Positions 61,518 to 64,000 of a stretch of DNA of 64,000 bases are shown piece after piece. This stretch comes from Candidatus Babeliales bacterium (GTDB lineage: Bacteria > Babelota > Babeliae > Babelales > Vermiphilaceae). The DNA is taken from positions 352,001-416,000 of the forward strand of contig CAVUQO010000002.1 in NCBI GenBank assembly GCA_963743635.1. The letters run 5' to 3'. The stretch's first letter is position 1. Every line of letters starts with the position of its first letter. The notes under the pieces were generated by a model, which was not told the origin of the DNA, ran no database searches, and worked only from the letters and a program-made list of their open reading frames with translations. A program made the translations under genes and the position numbers.

Positions 61518-62839
61518 ATGCGTGGTATAAAATCGTTTTTCATGAGTGGGATGGTGCTCTGTGTGCTGTATCTCATAATGCAATCAACGTTCTTTTCAAA
61601 TGTCTTATTTAATCAGAATGCGCAGACCTCTAATGGCGCTACTCAAAACTGGTATTCACGTTTTAATCTTCCCTTGAGTGCGGATGCAGAGCAAGCAGAA
61701 GCACCGGTAGAAGAAACACCGGCGGAAACGCCAACGGAAACTCCGGCAGAAGCACCAGCGGAAACACCTGCGGAAACGCCCGCACCGGCAGCAGAAGAAA
61801 AGAAGGAAGAAGCTCCTGCAGCAGCCGCACCAGCACCGACTGAAGAGCCCAAGAAAGAAGAAGCACCAGCGGCCGCACCAGCTGAAGCAAAACCAGCTGA
61901 GGCTGAAAAAAAGAAGAAGAAAAACCAGAAGTAGAGGGCATCGATACGGTCGATTTGAAAGAACCAGCCGGAAATTGGTTATTAAAACGTAAATGGTGGA
62001 CTGCAGCGCAAGAGCGTTATAGCCAAATTAAGGATGTCTTTGATCAGATTCACGAAGCACGCATGCCGTTTTATACTCGTCGCGCAAAAATTGATCGCGA
62101 TGTTCTTGAGCCGCTCTATATTCATGCAGGATTGGATCGATCAGATCTCATTGATGTACTGAGCAAGTTCAATACCTTATTAGATGTTGAGCAAGAAAAG
62201 CATAAAGCTCTTGATGAACAAGATCAGGCAATGCAAGCAAAGGCTCTCGCGCAGAAAAAAGTTCTTGAAGATTTGCAAAAAGATGTCACTGATCTCGCTC
62301 AGTATGATGTAGGGCTTGATGAATTCCTCAATACATTGATGGAACAAATAAACGCAGCACGTAGTTATCAAAATAAGGCTTGGCAGGCATACGTCAATAT
62401 CGGCAACGAGCTGAATGATAAACGAGCTCATGATCTTTATTATGAGATGGTTAGTTATCTGGAAGGTGCAACCGCGATTCAAGGATACATTAACGGGGAC
62501 TTCCAAAAAGCGTTTACTCAATTGGAAAAAACAGTTGCTGAACAGGCAAAACGTATCACCGATACGCTGACATCGCTTAAAGAAAGTAATATCGATTTCA
62601 AAGAGTACAGCCAAAAGCTGGATGAAAAAATACAGAACGAAGGTAAAACTGAAGAACCGGAAGCAGCGCCAGAGGAGCCTGAACAAGAGGGTTTCATGGG
62701 GATGCTGATGTCGTGGTGGAACATGATTAAGGATGCGTTCGTTTCGGCCTATGATTGGGTCATGAGCTTTTTCTCAGGATCATCAGATGCCGCGGCGGAA
62801 ACTCCAGAATCAACTTCATCTTCAGATACTGCAAGCTAG
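61518..62839 (+). CDS. TM-anchored protein with Pro/Ala/Glu repeat linker and helical domain (probable indel near 61915)
   Basis: ETPAETP repeats; shifted frame reads EKPEVEGIDTVDLKEPAGNW into the 61955 ORF. Confidence 0.7.
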
Positions 62840-62863
62840 CAATCCGCATCGCACACGATATTT

Positions 62864-62897
62864 AAAAGGCCCACTCAATTGCGAGTGGGCCTTTTTC
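62864..62897 (+). terminator. Intrinsic terminator
   Basis: aaaaggcccactc-aattgc-gagtgggccttttt. Confidence 0.9.
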
Positions 62898-62900
62898 GTT

Positions 62901-63218
62901 ACCGCGAACTTGATGTCCCTTCATTGCCCTGAACGGCAGTCGGGCTTCGGAATTAACTCTTCACTGTCGTTCAGAGCAATCGGGCTTTGGAATGAATTGG
63001 AATGAATAGGATAAGAGTCTATAAAATCCTTTCCCCCGTTCTGTCTACGTTTATCCGGGCCTTCCGGCTCGGCAAACTACGCCGGACGCAGTCGTCCCGC
63101 GTGCCCTGCGTAGCCTTGGCGAAGCATGGGAGTGATTCTATACTGAACGCAGTGAGGTAGAGAATTGTGCGAGGAATTGTTGATAAATAATATTCCTTAT
63201 AAAGTCGAGTTCACAGGT
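62901..63218. mobile_element. MITE-like composite related to 42138-42521
   Basis: accgcgaacttga ... tcgagttcacaggt ends; 18-bp IR hairpin attgccctgaacggcagt/actgtcgttcagagcaat; nested type A and B elements. Confidence 0.72.
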
Positions 63219-63297
63219 GCTAACATTTGATAACCATTTGGAATAATGTTATTTTTACCAACGAATTTTAAAAACACACAAAACCATAAGGAACAAT

Positions 63298-63669
63298 ATG
63301 ATCACTATACGAAACATCTTTTGCGCAATCATGTTGGTGAGCACTGCATCGCTCTTCGCTATGGATGCGAACAAGGAAATGAAAAAGGCAGCGGATGAAG
63401 CGTATGCACGTACGCAGGTAGAGCTTGCATTGAAGCGAGTAAATATCCCTGCAAATCTGACGCTAGCGCAACGTAAAGCTGCATGTGATAATGCAGTACA
63501 AGTAGCAACCATTTTTGGTTCTCCTTCTAAGGATCCAAAAGATTATGACGATTTTATTATTCTTGCTCTTAAGCATGAACAAGAAGGATTACCGAAAAAC
63601 TGGTGTGGGACCTGCCATCCTTCAGAATCAAAGGAACAATCGCAGCGTGATGATTCAAAGGCAGAATAG
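63298..63669 (+). CDS. Secreted orphan protein
   Basis: AAGGA RBS; MITIRNIFCAIMLVSTASLFA-MDANK. Confidence 0.75.
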   Translation: MITIRNIFCAIMLVSTASLFAMDANKEMKKAADEAYARTQVELALKRVNIPANLTLAQRKAACDNAVQVATIFGSPSKDPKDYDDFIILALKHEQEGLPKNWCGTCHPSESKEQSQRDDSKAE

Positions 63670-63694
63670 CTAAAATAAGCAATTTTCCTCCCTT

Positions 63695-63724
63695 AAAGGC
63701 CTCTCGATCAGGAGAGGCCTTTTG
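63695..63724 (+). terminator. Intrinsic terminator
   Basis: aaaggcctctc-gatcag-gagaggcctttt. Confidence 0.85.
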
Positions 63725-63816
63725 CATTTGATAGATTTAACGTAGAAAACAGCGTAAATAACGTTTGATAAGCGCCTTCAATTATGCTATTTTTACTACT
63801 AAATAAATTTTGATAT

Positions 63817-63903
63817 GCCGAGGTGGTGGAACTGGCAGACACGCAGCCTTGAGGTGGCTGTGGGAGAAATCCTATAGGGGTTCGAGTCCCCTCTTCGGCA
63901 CCA
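63817..63903 (+). tRNA. tRNA-Leu(GAG)
   Basis: GCCGAGG acceptor, CAGCC-TTGAGGT-GGCTG anticodon arm, long variable arm, GGTTCGAGTCC, CCA. Confidence 0.95.
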
Positions 63904-64000
63904 GTCTTTCCTCCTGGGTTTGGGCTCGAAGTTGAACTATGGCTACGCCTGGATCGCCAGTTTATTACTCATTGAATTGTGATTATTAATATACAAAAAT

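Noticed and set aside
63595..63625. CxxCH heme-binding motif (WCGTCH) in the 63298 protein
   Set aside because: It is a single motif near the C-terminus with no cytochrome c context or maturation genes in view, so it cannot be supported.
63904..64000. Integrative island at tRNA-Leu or tRNA-Ile2
   Set aside because: No integrase or duplicated tRNA 3' end is visible in the window; only degenerate palindromes follow the tRNAs.

Overview
Bacterial chromosomal window of roughly 40% GC. From gene content I infer an intracellular protist parasite, most like Ca. Dependentiae/Babeliae (TM6); this was not checked by database search. The core is the str-S10-spc-alpha ribosomal supercluster (9023-28438). 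It lacks rpmD, and rplM stands alone without rpsI. Housekeeping genes include yidC, recR, pepP, rseP, sbcC, pgm, nfo, gap, rnhA, spoIID-like, putP, tatD, hup, serS, hemW, tRNA-Ile2(CAT) and tRNA-Leu(GAG). Many essential genes, especially at 21.5-28.1 kb, carry 1-nt indels or stops that look like long-read consensus errors. The accessory content is the interesting part. (1) A signal-peptide protein fuses a SKP1-like domain to 8 near-identical WD40 repeats with hypervariable top-face positions, a candidate one-chain SCF adaptor mimic. (2) A PRPP synthetase has a Sec signal peptide and protist-like motifs, and sits inside an array of about 16 orphan secreted-protein genes and remnants. (3) The predicted mature N-termini of these secreted proteins are mostly Met-[E/D/Q] or Gly, several GxxxS[K/R], resembling eukaryotic N-acetylation and N-myristoylation substrates. 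(4) A family of short palindromic elements nests inside itself and also sits in frame inside coding sequences (effector signal peptides and the PepP linker), analogous to Rickettsia RPEs.
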